Assembly: GCF_000181795.1 (NCBI RefSeq)
Contig: NW_003526948.1
Coordinates: 512,809-576,808, forward strand
Direction of reading: 5' to 3'
DNA from: Trichinella spiralis
Taxonomy: Eukaryota
DNA length: 64,000 nt
Made by a program: the position numbers and the translations under genes. The notes beneath the pieces were generated by a model. It ran no database searches. It saw nothing but the letters and a program-made list of their open reading frames with translations, and was not told the origin of the DNA. Of this stretch, positions 33,060-49,228 are shown piece after piece (positions within the stretch are counted from its first letter, which is position 1; the number at the start of each line of letters is the position of its first letter).

Positions 33060-36000
33060 GCGTCACCGCTGATCATCTATAAAGCTGCGGTGTCAGGTTT
33101 TAATCCTCCCTTTTCCAACATTGCTTTATTTGCCTTATTATTTGGCGGACTTGCTCTTTATTTTACCTTCCCGATTTTGTGCCATGATGATGATCACTAT
33201 TACAGTAACCGCGATTATAACAACAGACTGCTGTTTTGTAATGTATCGTCGTCATCTGACTGACTTTTTTTTCTTATTTACCCTTTTCCTTTTTTCCATT
33301 CTTATTTGTCGTAAAATCTCTGGCTAGCTGCAAACACCGTTGCGTTTGCTGGTGTATCTTTTTGATTCTAATCTATTTATGTCTTATTATTTTATTTTTT
33401 ACTGTTTTAATAAATGGTGAAGTTTTCAATGACAGTGTTAGATTACGGTAAACGCTGATGGCATTGAACCAGACTGGACCAGGCGCAAATTAGAACAGCC
33501 AATTTGAATAGGACACCGAGGACGCGTAAATCATCGGTTGGTGATTTATGACCGCAGTCGATGATCACGCGCACGAAACGCTTCTCTGGCAGACATCTGT
33601 CCTCAGAGGAGGGCAGAAAATTTTGCGCATTCTTTTTTCTTGTCATTATTGTTGTTGTTGTTTTGTTGTTCTTATTATTATTGAAACAGTTTCAAATTCG
33701 TTTGCTCATCGAAGCGGCTTTTCCTTTATCAATGCACTCTTTGATCATCCAGCGAAAGACGACTTAAACGAGCCGGCTTAAGCAGATAAACAACAGCTCG
33801 CGCACACAGACACAACAAGTTGGCTTTTCAGTCGTGATTTTTATTTACTCTTCTCTTTAGCTAACGTCATTTTTCATTGACATACCCGTTGAAAATCCGT
33901 TTGTGCTCTACCGCTGCTTTTAGATTGCAAGCAAAAGCTTACAATGTTGCTTACTGTCTGTGAGAATAATGAAACTAAAATTCATTCTAGCCAAGCTTTC
34001 AATGCATTGTGCAAATTTCTTTTGATTTGAATTCAATATCTTTTGATTCAGTAACAATTTTTTCTAGTTTTCTTCTTTTCTTTATTTTTTTTCTGAAATG
34101 GCCTGCAATTTGCAATGTTCACTTTTCGACATCGTAACGTTATTTTCATATTATTTAGAGTTTCATCACTTACCACTGCCTGTTTATTAGCCGCTTTAAT
34201 CAATTGGTTAGGTCAATATAGGTTATCATTGTTTTTTATTCTTCTCCTGCAACTGTTATCGAGAGAAGCATGTTTTTTCTCTTACTGTTTGCCGTTGTTT
34301 GACAGACAGTTTTTGCACACTTTCATTGCAAAAGTTCACTGCTGACAAAACTAACGCGCTATAACACTGACTTTTGCAATCGATGACAAATGCTGCTTCA
34401 TCAAGCATATCAGCAAATAACCTATGATTGTAAGTTTCTTAGAAAAAATCAAAGAATTGCACAATTACAATTGGATTTGCAAAATTCTACGGATATGACA
34501 TTGATCAGTATTTCAATCAGAACATATATGCACACACACATTATGTATATTTAAAACATCAGAATTAAAGCATTTAAAACCAAATCCTCATCTTTTCATC
34601 TTGTGTTTCATTTAATAGCTAGGCAGCTGATGAATGCCAAAACAACTTTCTTCAAGTAACAACTATTTCCGGCTGAATTTAAAAGCAAACAGCAGATTTT
34701 TCTTTGAGCTGTTCACGCAAATGTCACTTCTGGGTGATTACATAATTGCACTATATAAACTTTTTGCTTTTTTTTCCTTTCATTTATTTTCAAACAAAAA
34801 TTACAAATTTGCAATGCTAGTTTTCTTTTTTTTACTTTCATAGATTGTTCTTTCATAATGTTAATTTTTACTATAAAAGTGATTTAGAAAATACGAAAAT
34901 TTTTTAAAATTATATGTATTTAGACAAAACATTAGAATAGTATTGTACTATACATAAAGATTAACAACCTGCTGTAGGCATTTTGACATGGATGCGTCGG
35001 CACTGTTTGATGTGAAGTTTGTGCCGTATGTGAACTTTGATTTCTAATGAGATTCAGCTGACCCAGCGTAAATCCGCTTTTCTGCTATTGATCTGATGCC
35101 TGCTCAAGGCCAACAAAGTTCATGCTCGCTTGACTGAACCGCACCGACAAAGGTATACTGATACGCGGGCAGCTTGTAAAAGGACACCGCTTAGCGCGTG
35201 TGAGTATGCAGGCGTTTGCAATTATGCCCAGCATCGACATGAAAGGTGAACGGAAAAAACAATTTACTAGATTCGACTAGAGTTTTTTTTCCAAAAATTG
35301 TGATGAGACAAAAGCCCTTGCCTTTTTCAGTTTGCCATTAAAATGATAAGCGTGAATTTCCATCGCCTCCATTCATCATATTTTTGGGGTACATTTAAAG
35401 TGACAGTAAGACGGATTTAGTGCATGATAAAAAACGTGACGCACGCAATCCGCCCTTGACAATAAACACTGACATTGTTGCACTCAGATGACCGCTTTTG
35501 GCGCTTTCATTGGAAAATAACTGCCACGCCCATTCTTAATTAGAATCACAGTTGTCTGCAATAATACTATAAAACTGAAACATTGCACTGCGTAAAAGCT
35601 TTGCAATCGTTGTTTTTTATCCTTGTTTCATAAAAAACGCGTTAAACATTTTGTTTTGCTATTGTCATAACGTAACTGTCATCTTTACCATGTTGACCTG
35701 AAATCAACGAACCCGATTTTTGATTATCAGAAACAGCAATCTTTCTGCGCATAGAATTCGTCAAATGCTATGACGAACAGAGTAGAATAAAGACCTCAGT
35801 AGTCATGTTTTTTACTGCGGAGTACAAAAATTAAAATAAAAAAATTAACTTTGAAATAAATAAAATTTCCTAAAGCAAACAAAATCGTTAAACGTTTCAA
35901 TACTTTTGAACAAGTGAATTATCAGTTATCAGTTGTGCATTTATATAACTTAAAAACAAATTATATAGGGCTGATTTTTACTTAATTTGCATTAGCAGTA

Positions 36001-38323
36001 ATTTAACTAAACAAGTTGATGAACAACTGTCTAATGACAAATGAATAAGGTATGGAAAGAAAATAATTTGATCAGCTGCTGACGTAGAGCTGATGTTGAG
36101 ACAAGAAATAATGATGACTACTACGAAAAATGTTGCACTGCACAAATATAAACGACTACAATTCTGTGATAAAAGCATTATGCTTCAGAAGTACAGTTGT
36201 TATGAAATTCCACTTCTTCAGAATGGACTTCTACAAAATTTTCCATTGAATATCAAATATAGTCATTGTGATGTCACTATCCTGTATCAGTTTGCACAGG
36301 CAAGTTGATTTTTTGAATGAAAATCAGCGCAGAAATGAGGAATACATAATGCTGCAAATTGGTAAATCGTCAGGCTACTGTATTTTTGTCATACGGTAAG
36401 CGATTGTGCTCAAACCGCGGTATTCCGCATAGGTGGGCACAGTTGTTTGTTTAGGCGGAGCAAGCAACGACTACGCTTACTGTGTTCTAGGTTTGTCGCA
36501 AACAAGCCGGTTTTCGCAAACGGTTGATTGTGATGACGTGTAGCACGTGTGTGCCCGTTCACGCCTTTCCAAATGCCAAAACTGGTTATTTATTTATTCA
36601 TTATTTACAGCTGATCACTGAGAAACATTAATTTTAAATAATCTTCCTTTCATCTGTTCTTAGCAAAGTTGGAAAACAATTTCCTTCTTGTCTTTGGTGC
36701 AGACAAGACAAAAAATTCAAAGCAAACAACTTGCAAACATTACAACAAAGCAGATCATGTAAAGCCGTCATGAAAAACTATTTTAAATTTAAGACAGCAT
36801 GTTTGCAAAGATAAATTGCTATATGCTACAATTGATCTTTATCTCAATAAGCAATATTTTTGGAGAAAAGACAAGATCAACATTTTGCAAGGCTTGCTTC
36901 TTTTGGGCCACTGTTATTTTTATAAAAATTGATCTTTAAAGAATACATTCTTTTATTCATTCGTTTAAAATTTACAAAATAAAAAGCTAAAATGTTTCAG
37001 ATTGTAACAATATGGGCACTGTGCTTGTAAATTTATGCAATAAAGTCAAACAATACCAAAGCCAAGTTCTAATCAGTTTATATATATATAAGTTTTTAAA
37101 TACTCAGTTTCTTCTTTATTTTATTGACTCATCTACTTTTCGTCTAATTAAAACTGCTAATATTATTTGAAAATACTACTTTGTTTAAGAAAACATGCTG
37201 CCTCTTCAAAAGCACGTACTTCCAGAATGGGCGGATCAGTGTTTGGCGAAAAGTACAAAGCAAACAAGCAAGCACAGATATGTTTATACAAAGAGGGTAA
37301 ATGGATGTTCAAACTTCTACGAACTAAACTTTCTCGAGTGCTCTGCCATGAGGTCACTCAAAGTAATATTTAAGATAAAGGTAAAAAACAATATGCCAAA
37401 ACGTTTTAAAGTGATTAATATAATTAAAATCATTAAAATTATTTAATATGTCAGGGGTTATCAGGTTTTAGAATTTGATTAGTTGCACTGCAATATTTTG
37501 AAATAAGTATATATGCTCTAAATTTCAAAAATTGTTTTATTGCATGGTAAATTTATAATTGAAAGCCTGTATCATATTATCACTATTTGCAAATTGAATT
37601 TCTATTATTACGTTATTGAAAATGAATTCAAAATGCTGTCCATACGAGTGAATAATTTAGTAAATTGCTCAAATGACTACTTTTCCATTCTGTGGATGAA
37701 TCTCATTTGGAAAATTAAAATAGGAGAGGAAGCCTCTATTTTTTAATCATTCTCTTGGGGCTAACAACAGACATACTTTGAATAAATGAAGCGGTTCAGT
37801 TTTGGCATCAATTTCAAATCAATTTTTATAACATGTTTCAATTTGTTTCACAAATCATATTGGCTAAATAAATATAAATGCAAATGTTTTCATGCAAAAA
37901 ATAATGAAAAACGATATATATATATATATATATGGCATGCTTTAACATAACATTTTCTTAGAATTGTTTCACATAAATTTACCATTACCGTGCTTTCAAT
38001 TCACTATCGTTTATATATTTTCATTTAAAAACTTCAAACTTATATAACCACTGTATTACTACTATTAAAGCAACAATACGATAGTTCAAATACGTGCAAA
38101 AATACAAAATATTAACCGCGATTTTTTAATTCCACGGATATTAATATGATATTTAAAAATGCTGTATTAAATACGAATTCTCACATTTAGCTGTTTCCCA
38201 ATTTAAAAAAAACAGAGTATAAAATCGAATTGAATATCCCAAAAATACATAAATTTAAAATAAAAGCTACCAAAAATATATAATTCCCATTATCCAGATT
38301 TTTTAAATAGCATTGTCAAAAAT

Positions 38324-40384
38324 TCAATCACCTTTCTTTTGAGACTTCTCATACATATCTTTCAAAACAGCAAAACTTTTGTGATAAGGTTGGTCGCTCA
38401 TCTGTCTTTGCTTAATGCAAGATTGCTTGATCGCTTTCCAGTGTGGTAAGTAAGACTTTAAAATTCCTTGCGATGTAGTTAAATCAACCGGTTCATCAGG
38501 AAACGTTGGTTCAATCACCATTGGTGCACTGGCAACAGGAGAATCCGGAGGACTTGGTTCAGGCAAAAGAAATTCACCTGCTTCTTTCTTATTCAACTAA
38601 AAAAATAAGAAATACAATAGTTATGTATTTAAATTACATCTTAATTACCCAAAAACTGCAAAAAAGGAAAATAAAATTTACCACAATAATAAACTTCTTA
38701 CATCCGCATATTAATTTAATCTAATTCACCATTTACATCCTTTATTAACAATAAATATATTGCGGCCAGATCGTTTCATTTAAGATGTAAAATCGAATGT
38801 GTTTAAATCGATCAAAATAAACATTTTGTTTACAGATTTAGATGAAACGTAAGTAAGAAGTGTTCAAAACTAAAATAATAATAATTTCAAATTGCAATTT
38901 ATGTCGCATACTTTAGCGTCTTTCATAATGTCCAATTCCTCAGACATCTTCTCAGTCGGATTCTCTTCTCTGTTTGCAGGACATCGTGGTTCATCTTTCC
39001 CATAAAGCCACACTCGAGCAAGACGGTAAAGAGAGTGATTTTCGTTAACATTTTTAAGCTCAAACGATTTCTGACACAACTGAAACAGAACTTCTAAAAT
39101 AGAAAAACAAAAGTTATACGATTATATTCGAGAACCTCTCAACAGAATTTTTATTATAAAACGAAATATAACACTTCAGTATATTTTTGGAAACTTTAAC
39201 AAATAACAATCATAATTACTATTCTTATCTTGCTGAACGCGCTTTCTTCCAGGTTTTGATGGTCCTGGTGAGTTCAAACTCAGATTTGACATACTAAAAA
39301 ATAAAAACTATTATAATGAACAGAAGACCATCATATCATTCATCAGATCAGTTTCAGAAACAAAACCCATTTAAAACAATTTGTTTATTTTTAATTACTA
39401 ATATTTAACATCGTCAATCTTTATTATATTCGAAATTTTAAATTCCAGTCTGTAAAAGTATTTAAGAACATCCCTATTTATATATTTCTTAGAAATAATA
39501 AATGCTTTAACTACATCCATTTGTTTAAGTTTCCATATCTATAATTTAAAACTTTAATTTCCAAAACTTGAATACAGTAATATACAGTATGCATAAAAGT
39601 TACAAATACTGCTTTCGAGAAAATAATTATAACGGAAAATGTTCGCCTTTACCATGAATTTCTGCACGTCAGTCCTGAAATATTTCTGTTCAAAATCTGT
39701 TTTCCACATGCAGTAATTGAGAACGTAGTAAAGAAAAATAGTGATACAATTTAATTGTTATGCTGAACAGAAAGATATTTCTTTTCGATGTACAATATGA
39801 TATCAGTTTATAAATGAAAAGCTATATTCAATTAAACTATCAAGCAACTAAAAATATGGAATTCAATGTATGCAACTGCATGTATGTAACTCAAAATGTA
39901 CATTTTTAACAAGGCGACATCTGGAATGTAGTACAAATATAGCCTCCCTCACATTTGACACTTTTCAATTCACTTACACCATTACATCATTTATTAAATA
40001 ATAATAAATTGACTTTACCCTGTTTCTTCATTTTTTATATCGGTGGGTGGTGGTTTCACGCTAAAAAGTTCAAAAAATTTACAACACCAAAGCAAAATGT
40101 GGCTTCACTAATAACAAAACTGCACTCTACTTTCAAATATTTTAAAATTACTGTCTCGCATTGAAATTTTGAAAAAATACTTTATAAAAAACAAACGTAA
40201 TCATAAAATAAAGAAAAAAACAAACGTATTCATAAAATAAAAAACGATCATACGTTTTCGGATTAAGCATCTCTTCCTTCATTTTAAAAAGAACACGATC
40301 AAGCTCCGCGCGTGCCTTCTCCAATTCCGTGAGTTCACCGACTTCCTTTTCTTCTTTCACAACTACATCCATATCGACATCCAT
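38324..40384 (-). CDS. lin-37: LIN-37, DREAM/MuvB complex subunit; four exons (~40384-40254, ~39293-39220, ~39093-38912, 38596-38324)
   Basis: LEKARAELDRVL N-terminal helix, VLFQLCQKSFELKNVNENHSLYRLARVW (LIN37 KLFDRSVDL...LYPICRAW-like), LPEP motif and C-terminal HWKAIKQ...Y.KSFAVLKDMYE. Exons join in frame with GT-AG introns. Confidence 0.85.
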
Positions 40385-41576
40385 GCTTCACTACATGTAA
40401 AGTCAAAATTAAAAAAAAGAAAAAGAACAACACAAATCTACATCAATGAAATCAGCTAATGAAATTCTATGGAAAATACTACTTCAAGAATAAATTTGAG
40501 CCCACTGATACTTAACTGCGGGACAGTAAGAAATCATCATAAATATTTGGTGTTCAAGTATTTTGGGAAGCTTTTTAAATATTTCTGTTTGTTTTGTTCC
40601 TTTTTGTCAATACATAATTGTCAATGTAAATGTTATGAAAACTCGTCGCTATAAACATAAAACGCTAAAAAGCACAATAAACATTTCATGCCTCTAAATG
40701 TATGCAACAGAATAAACATTGCCAAATTACAAGTGGAAAGTAGATAAACAAGAAATAATACTCAGTTCTATTAACTATAACGCTTACTATAGCCATTATA
40801 TATGTACATGCATAGTGTCTAATGTATAAAAGAAATACTGGATTACTGAAAGATCTACAAAAGATGCAGTTTACAGTTCTAAACAATTAATACTATTTAA
40901 GATTCACGACTGCAATACCCAGACAAAATGTACGAAAAGTATGAATGCCATATATATATATAATAACAGTATGCCAAATTTTGACTAAAAACATTCAAGT
41001 CTGTTCAAAAATTATTTTTTATTAAAATTATATTATCTTATATTATATTATAAAATTATTATATATCAAAAATTACGCATATATAAAAATTTCAAATATC
41101 ATCTGCTGTAATTAACAAACAGTTTTATTCCTATTTAAACAGCACTATACTGTTTATTTACAGAAATAAATCAGTAAAATCGTTGTAAACAAAATGAAGA
41201 TAATTCCAAAATTATTAAAATTTTGTAAAATAAAATAGTGATGAGCACCTTTTACAAATAGAATTATTACTTCTTTTATAGCATTTGTGACACTTCCTTA
41301 CATTTGCTTAAATATTATTACTGACAGTCAATTCAGTGAAAAAAACAAAACAAATTGAAATACTAATCGTTTTTAAAACTAGGAATGCTTGAAATTCAAT
41401 GCGTATTATACGCATTTGAAACTTTTAATGCATCATAATCCTTACTTATTCCACTATACTTCTTGAAAATCACATTCTTACTATAGTAATAACTCGAGCT
41501 TTGCGTGATAGTTGTTTTTCAGCATTTTTTATAAATCTAGGCGATTAAAATTATATATTTATCGGAAGATATCAAA

Positions 41577-42473
41577 ATGATTAATTCAATCATCGAATGG
41601 CAAAATCGATATATTCAAAGACTTGATCCTACTATCGTGAAACGTGTTGACAGATACATCGATGCAGTGAAGGTTAATGTGAAGCAGTATGGTGTATTCT
41701 TTAATTATTTAATTAAATATTTTAGAAATCCCGGTCATCTCGACAGATTCTTACTTTACTTCCACAACGCATGGTGCTGAATGCAAGTGAGAAGATATGG
41801 AAAAATTACTTGCGAAAAGCCGATTTTGGTCTCCTACCAAAGGAGTACAACAAAAAAATTCACGGACCTTATTGTCCATGGCGATATTACGGAAAAAGTA
41901 TGACTTTTTATTGTTTAAATGATTTAATTCGTAAATGATCATAATTATTTAATAATGATTATTTGGTATTTTAGTTTTTTTCATTGCATTTTTTTAATTT
42001 AAAATTGAAGTTTTCTTGTGTTCTATTCATGTTAAATTTATATTGAAAGAAATGATATTACATTGTTAGTTAAATATCTAACTACATTTTTGTAATAAGC
42101 ATTTTTTTCTTTAATGCTTTTTTTAAATGTGAAAGTGATAAAATGATAACATTTCACTCTGTTTGCTCTTTTTATTGTAGAAGATACTAACATTTTTGAT
42201 GTCAAACTCGCTGATTTTTCTGCTTGGATGTCTCGTAGAGACACAAGTGCAAGAGGCATAATGGCGGCGATGAGTAGAGGTATGCTACATTTACGTTTTT
42301 GACCTTTACTTTATTTATTTTGTGTAGGCTACTATTTGTGGATCTATTACTGGTTTTCGCCCCGAGTAGCCAACGTGGCTCCGTTATGCCATTTGCTAGT
42401 ATTCATGGCCTTCGCTCGAATGATATTGAATCATAATAACTTTAAAAGAGATCAGTCATATTTATATCACTGA
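41577..42473 (+). CDS. ATP5MF: Mitochondrial ATP synthase subunit f; exons 41577-41672, 41726-41897, 42181-42279, 42328-42473 (170 aa)
   Basis: The spliced frame gives LPKEYNKKIHGPYCPWRYYGKKDTNIFDVKLADFSAWMSRRD, a C-terminal TM segment and a YH* end, typical of invertebrate subunit f. Confidence 0.9.
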
Positions 42474-42673
42474 ATTGAATTTGATGGAGATTGTTTTTCA
42501 GATATATTAAATATGACGGAATAAAAATCGAACTGAAAAATGTTCCTTATGCTTTAAATAAAATTTCATTGTAAAATGCGTACGCATGTACATATATTAT
42601 AAAATACTTAATGTTTATTTAACTAATAGTAAATTATGATAAATATAATCTTATGTGTGGTTTTAGATTTTTA

Positions 42674-43553
42674 ATGGAAAACTGCCGTGGTGCGCTAATT
42701 GTTTTTGAAGGTCTTGATCGATCTGGAAAGACTACACAGGTTCGTCTCTTGTCAAATTTCTTACAATGTCATGCATTTCCTGTGGTGACGATGCGTTTTC
42801 CAAGTAAATGCATTTACTAATTAATATGAAAATGAATGATGCTATTTAGCTCGTGCTGGTGTTATTGGCGAAATGTTAGATCAGTATTTGAACAAAAAGG
42901 TTGAAATGGAAAATCATGTTGCACATCTTTTGTTTTCTGCCGATCGTTGGGCTGTGCAGTAAAACTTTGCTATATATTATTGTTTATTACTGAAAAAAGC
43001 ATTTTCAGTACTGAAATTGAAAACAATATCAAATGTGGCACTACCGTAATTGTTGATAGATACTTATTCTCTGGAATAGCTTTTTCCGCTGCGAAGGTAA
43101 ATTCTAATCCAAATTTTCTTCATTATTGTTATTCTTCATTCTTCATTAGTGATTTCCCTTAAGCATAATTATATCGAAAATCGTTCGTTTATAGGGTTTG
43201 GATTTCGATTGGTGCATGAATGCTGATCGTGGACTGCCACAACCTGATGTAGTTTTCTTTGTGGATGTGAAACCGGAGACACTGAAAAATCGTGGTGAAT
43301 TTGGTGTGGAACGGTTTGATGATGAAGAATTTCAACGTAAAGTTCGTCACAATTATCAACGGCTGACAGATAAATATTGGCAGGTATGCATTTATGAACT
43401 GGTCTTCCGAGAATTTATCCAGTGACTGCATATTAGGTAATTGATGGTGAAAAATCACAAAAGGAAATTGCTGATCAAATTGAAAGAACTGTATGTGATT
43501 TACTCAAATCACCTGCTATGGCGAGTCCGCTGAAAATGTTTGGTTATACTTAA
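42674..43553 (+). CDS. DTYMK: Thymidylate (dTMP) kinase, five exons
   Basis: RGALIVFEGLDRSGKTTQ P-loop, HLLFSADRW, IVDRYLFSGIAFSAAK, DRGLPQPDVVFF and FGVERFD...FQ motifs. Stop TAA at 43551-43553. Confidence 0.95.
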
Positions 43554-43879
43554 TCAACCAATTGATGATAAAAACATTTTACATAAAAGAAAAATGTCAA
43601 AGTCCTTTCAGTAATGTAAATTCAGTTAATTATATTTTTCTCATGTGAAATGTGGTGCAACATTCAGCAGTTAAACAGTATAAAGTTTAAAAAACATTGT
43701 CACATTTTACTAATTGTTCGAATATTAGATACTGATTAAAAATACTCATATCACACAAAAGCGTTCCGTTACTGTAAAACCATTTACACAACATGAAAGG
43801 TAAAGGTACGAATATTACTTTATAACTACTAAATGCCGTTTCAAATTAACAAATACATTGCAATGAAAAGTAATTATTT

Positions 43880-44410
43880 TTGGCCTCCTCACAGACAGCA
43901 AAGGCTATATTATCGCCCGAGCAATTTTAAAATTTTCGAGAACTTTTTTCTCCAAAAATGACTTGAATAGACTTGAATCGATCAGAAACAATTAGAGAAC
44001 TACAGTAAACCTATCCGCACTATTTCTGATTGCCTATTTCTCGAGATTTTCCCTAAAATGTGGATAAGCTTCCTATATATTAAGATAGGCAAGGTGGCAA
44101 CTTTAGAGGCCCATTATTCCACAACTATTGGACAGATTTCGCTCAAACTCTGCATAACATTATCATTAATCAACACGAATGTCTAACAAGTAGGAAAAAG
44201 TGGAAATTTCGAAAAAAAGTTTTTCGCAAAACAACTAAGCTTATAACCCACGAAATTTCGAAATCTTCGAGAAAACTTTTTTCTCCAAAAATGACTTGAA
44301 TAAGCTTATATCGATCAGAAACGATTAGAGATGAACTATAAACTTATCCGCACTGTTCCTAGGTGATTATTTGTCGAGATAATGCGAAAAAAGTGGAAAT
44401 TGGATTTTAA
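43880..44410 (+). repeat. Second copy of the ~335 bp-unit dispersed repeat (about 1.5 tandem units)
   Basis: Internal direct repeat TTCGAGAA..CTTTTTTCTCCAAAAATGACTTGAATA...ATCGATCAGAAAC.ATTAGAGA at ~43935 and ~44266. Homologous in inverted orientation to 1750-2260. Confidence 0.8.
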
Positions 44411-44849
44411 TGGTGAAAACAGAAATAAAATACATACATTTAATAATTTTGCTCATGATATGATTTTATGAATTTTTATAATGAATCCTTTTAATTTAAG
44501 CTGTAATAGGTTTCGTAGGACACTAAGTAGCTTAAGTCTTTAAAATTTCATTTGACAAAATACTTTAAATCTGATCGCCTATTGCATTTGAAGTCGTTGA
44601 TAAAACTGGCTTTTGAACAATTCAATTAAAATTTGCGTACTTACCTGTTGTATATTTGCAACATCCGACTACAGTACGCCAAGGGCGTTGAAATATTTAT
44701 TTCGCTTCTATTTTGTCAGTGCCATAGATTTATCAGATGAACCATCCGCCAGTTTCTTTACATTTTGTTCTGACAAATTGAAAAACGTTGAGAACCATTA
44801 GATTAAATGATTGCTTTCAGGCGCATCGATTCCATATTTTCACATTCTG

Positions 44850-45180
44850 CTGCTTATTGTTCTTGAATCCACTCTAATATTGTGACAAAAATAAAAACGA
44901 CTTGACAATCCAAAACTGTCCATTTATCGTCAGCTTTATTTAATTCTTCTTCGTCGTGAATAGTTTCTTCAGAAAAAATTTGAAGCCGATACGCTTTCTC
45001 ATATCTTCGGCCTAAAGTTTCTAATGTCTCTTCAACTACTTTTGGCTTAACATTCGGCAGGCTGTAATGTAATTTACGTAATCAATCGTTTAGACAACAG
45101 TGTTTGGCGTCTCGTTTCTTTGCTTAGGATATCGTCTTCTTTTATACTTTTTCTCTGCTCCTAGCTCGCGTCACCAATAT
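44850..45180 (-). mobile_element. Decayed LTR-retrotransposon 5' internal fragment (BEL/Pao gag-like)
   Basis: ATG-less open frame LPNVKPKVVEETLETLGRRYEKAYRLQIFSEETIHDEEELNKADDKW resembling a Gag N-terminal helical region (from memory). It is preceded on minus by a PBS-like TGGTGACGCGAG at 45165-45176. Confidence 0.35.
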
Positions 45181-45489
45181 TATATGTAGAAAAAAGACTC
45201 CTCTTTAAATTGCTGCTCAGGTTTCTGTGCTTCTTTGTAGTATTCCAAGTTACCATTCGCTGGTTTGTACACTGATAACAGTAGTCTACTTTTCCTTCTA
45301 ACGACATATCACTGTACTTAGAATTGAATAAATAGCACTTATATAAATATTTTATTCAATATATACTCATCTAAATAGAAGAATAACGAACAGTAAAAGG
45401 AAACTATCACGTTCGACAATGTGAGCAAGAACAACAACACACTACTACTGTTTTATTTAAGAATTTGCAAGTACAAATGAACAAAACAA

Positions 45490-45605
45490 TTTACCAAAAA
45501 GTTTCGATTTTCGAAGTTTTCCTTCAGTAACTTAAATCAATCAGAAACATTAGAAAAGATGCCAGTACCAGTTCGCACAGTTCTAAATAGCAAATACGTC
45601 GAGGT
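45490..45605 (+). repeat. Degenerate partial third copy of the ~335 bp unit
   Basis: ACTTAAATCAATCAGAAACATTAGA...CGCACAGTTCTAAATAG...TCGAGGT parallels ACTTGAATCGATCAGAAACAATTAGA...CGCACTATTTCTGATTG...TCGAGAT at ~43970-44047. Confidence 0.55.
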
Positions 45606-45643
45606 ACTGTTTATTAAAATTCCAGCAGTGCTTCAATTGATAA

Positions 45644-46023
45644 TGTAACGAGCGAAATTGTAGGTCGCTCGTTCGTGATATTAGTGTACTGTATTTAGGT
45701 TCGTTATTGCAAGACGGGAAAGTCTAATGCGTTAGACAGTCCGACTTGCGTCACGATAACTGTTAATCAAAACTCGATTGAGTGTCGACACGGTTTGTTC
45801 ACAAAGGAATAATGCTGAGCCAGAGATAATAAGACCAAGAATGACTCAATAGAACACACACAATCAAAACCACATCGGAGACAATCTCTAGATAACGGCA
45901 ACTAAACACACACGGCAAAGGAACACTGCCTCTTCTTACGTCACACACGTGACTACCGTATATCAATCCCGATACGCAGGTTTGCAAACATGGACGACAG
46001 TATCCGCATTGCCGACGTTAACA
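45644..46023. mobile_element. Probable solo LTR (380 bp)
   Basis: TGTAACG...CGTTAACA inverted termini (TG...CA), flanked by GATAA/GATGA (4 of 5 matching TSD). GC content is higher than the flanks. Confidence 0.55.
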
Positions 46024-46636
46024 GATGATGCTGCTTTTGTAAATTCCATGTTTTCAAAATTTTCCTATTGCAAAATTTTTGGAACACTTTTATTGCATAT
46101 TTTAAATATTCATTACTGTTTAAAAATAAGAAAAAGCAGTATAACATGAAGTGAATTAAAAGAGTTTTGTACTTTATTTATTATTTTTTATCATGGAACC
46201 TGAAAGTCACTTTGTGTTTACATGAAGTGTTGTGAATTTTTTACGTTTGTGATTGTTGATCGTTTGTAAAAGTGATTTCTTTTAGTGTACATTTTTGAGA
46301 TGTATAATGTACACATAATTTGTCAGTACTTTATAGTGATAAGAGTGCCATTTTTTATTTGCATATTTTAGCATTTTCCAGATGAAGAAAGTATGTAAAC
46401 TGTTGTTGTTTACGATGAAGTTCTTCTAATGACAGCTGTCACAATTTTATTTTTATTTGTTGATGAAGTGTTTAAATGTTGATATTTATATTAATATGAA
46501 TTCATTTAGCATATTATTTCTGTTTTTGCTCTTTATGGTTACTGGATTTTTACTGAATTATAGCAGCTGTTTGTGATCATATTGAAATCTTAATGTTGTT
46601 TTTTAATATGTTTATTTTTATTTTAGCTATTTCAAA

Positions 46637-49228
<2,592 letters not shown>

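Noticed and set aside
42471..42473. TGA after YH in subunit f as possible readthrough or recoding
   Set aside because: YH* is an ordinary C-terminus for invertebrate subunit f, and no readthrough context or SECIS-like element was seen.
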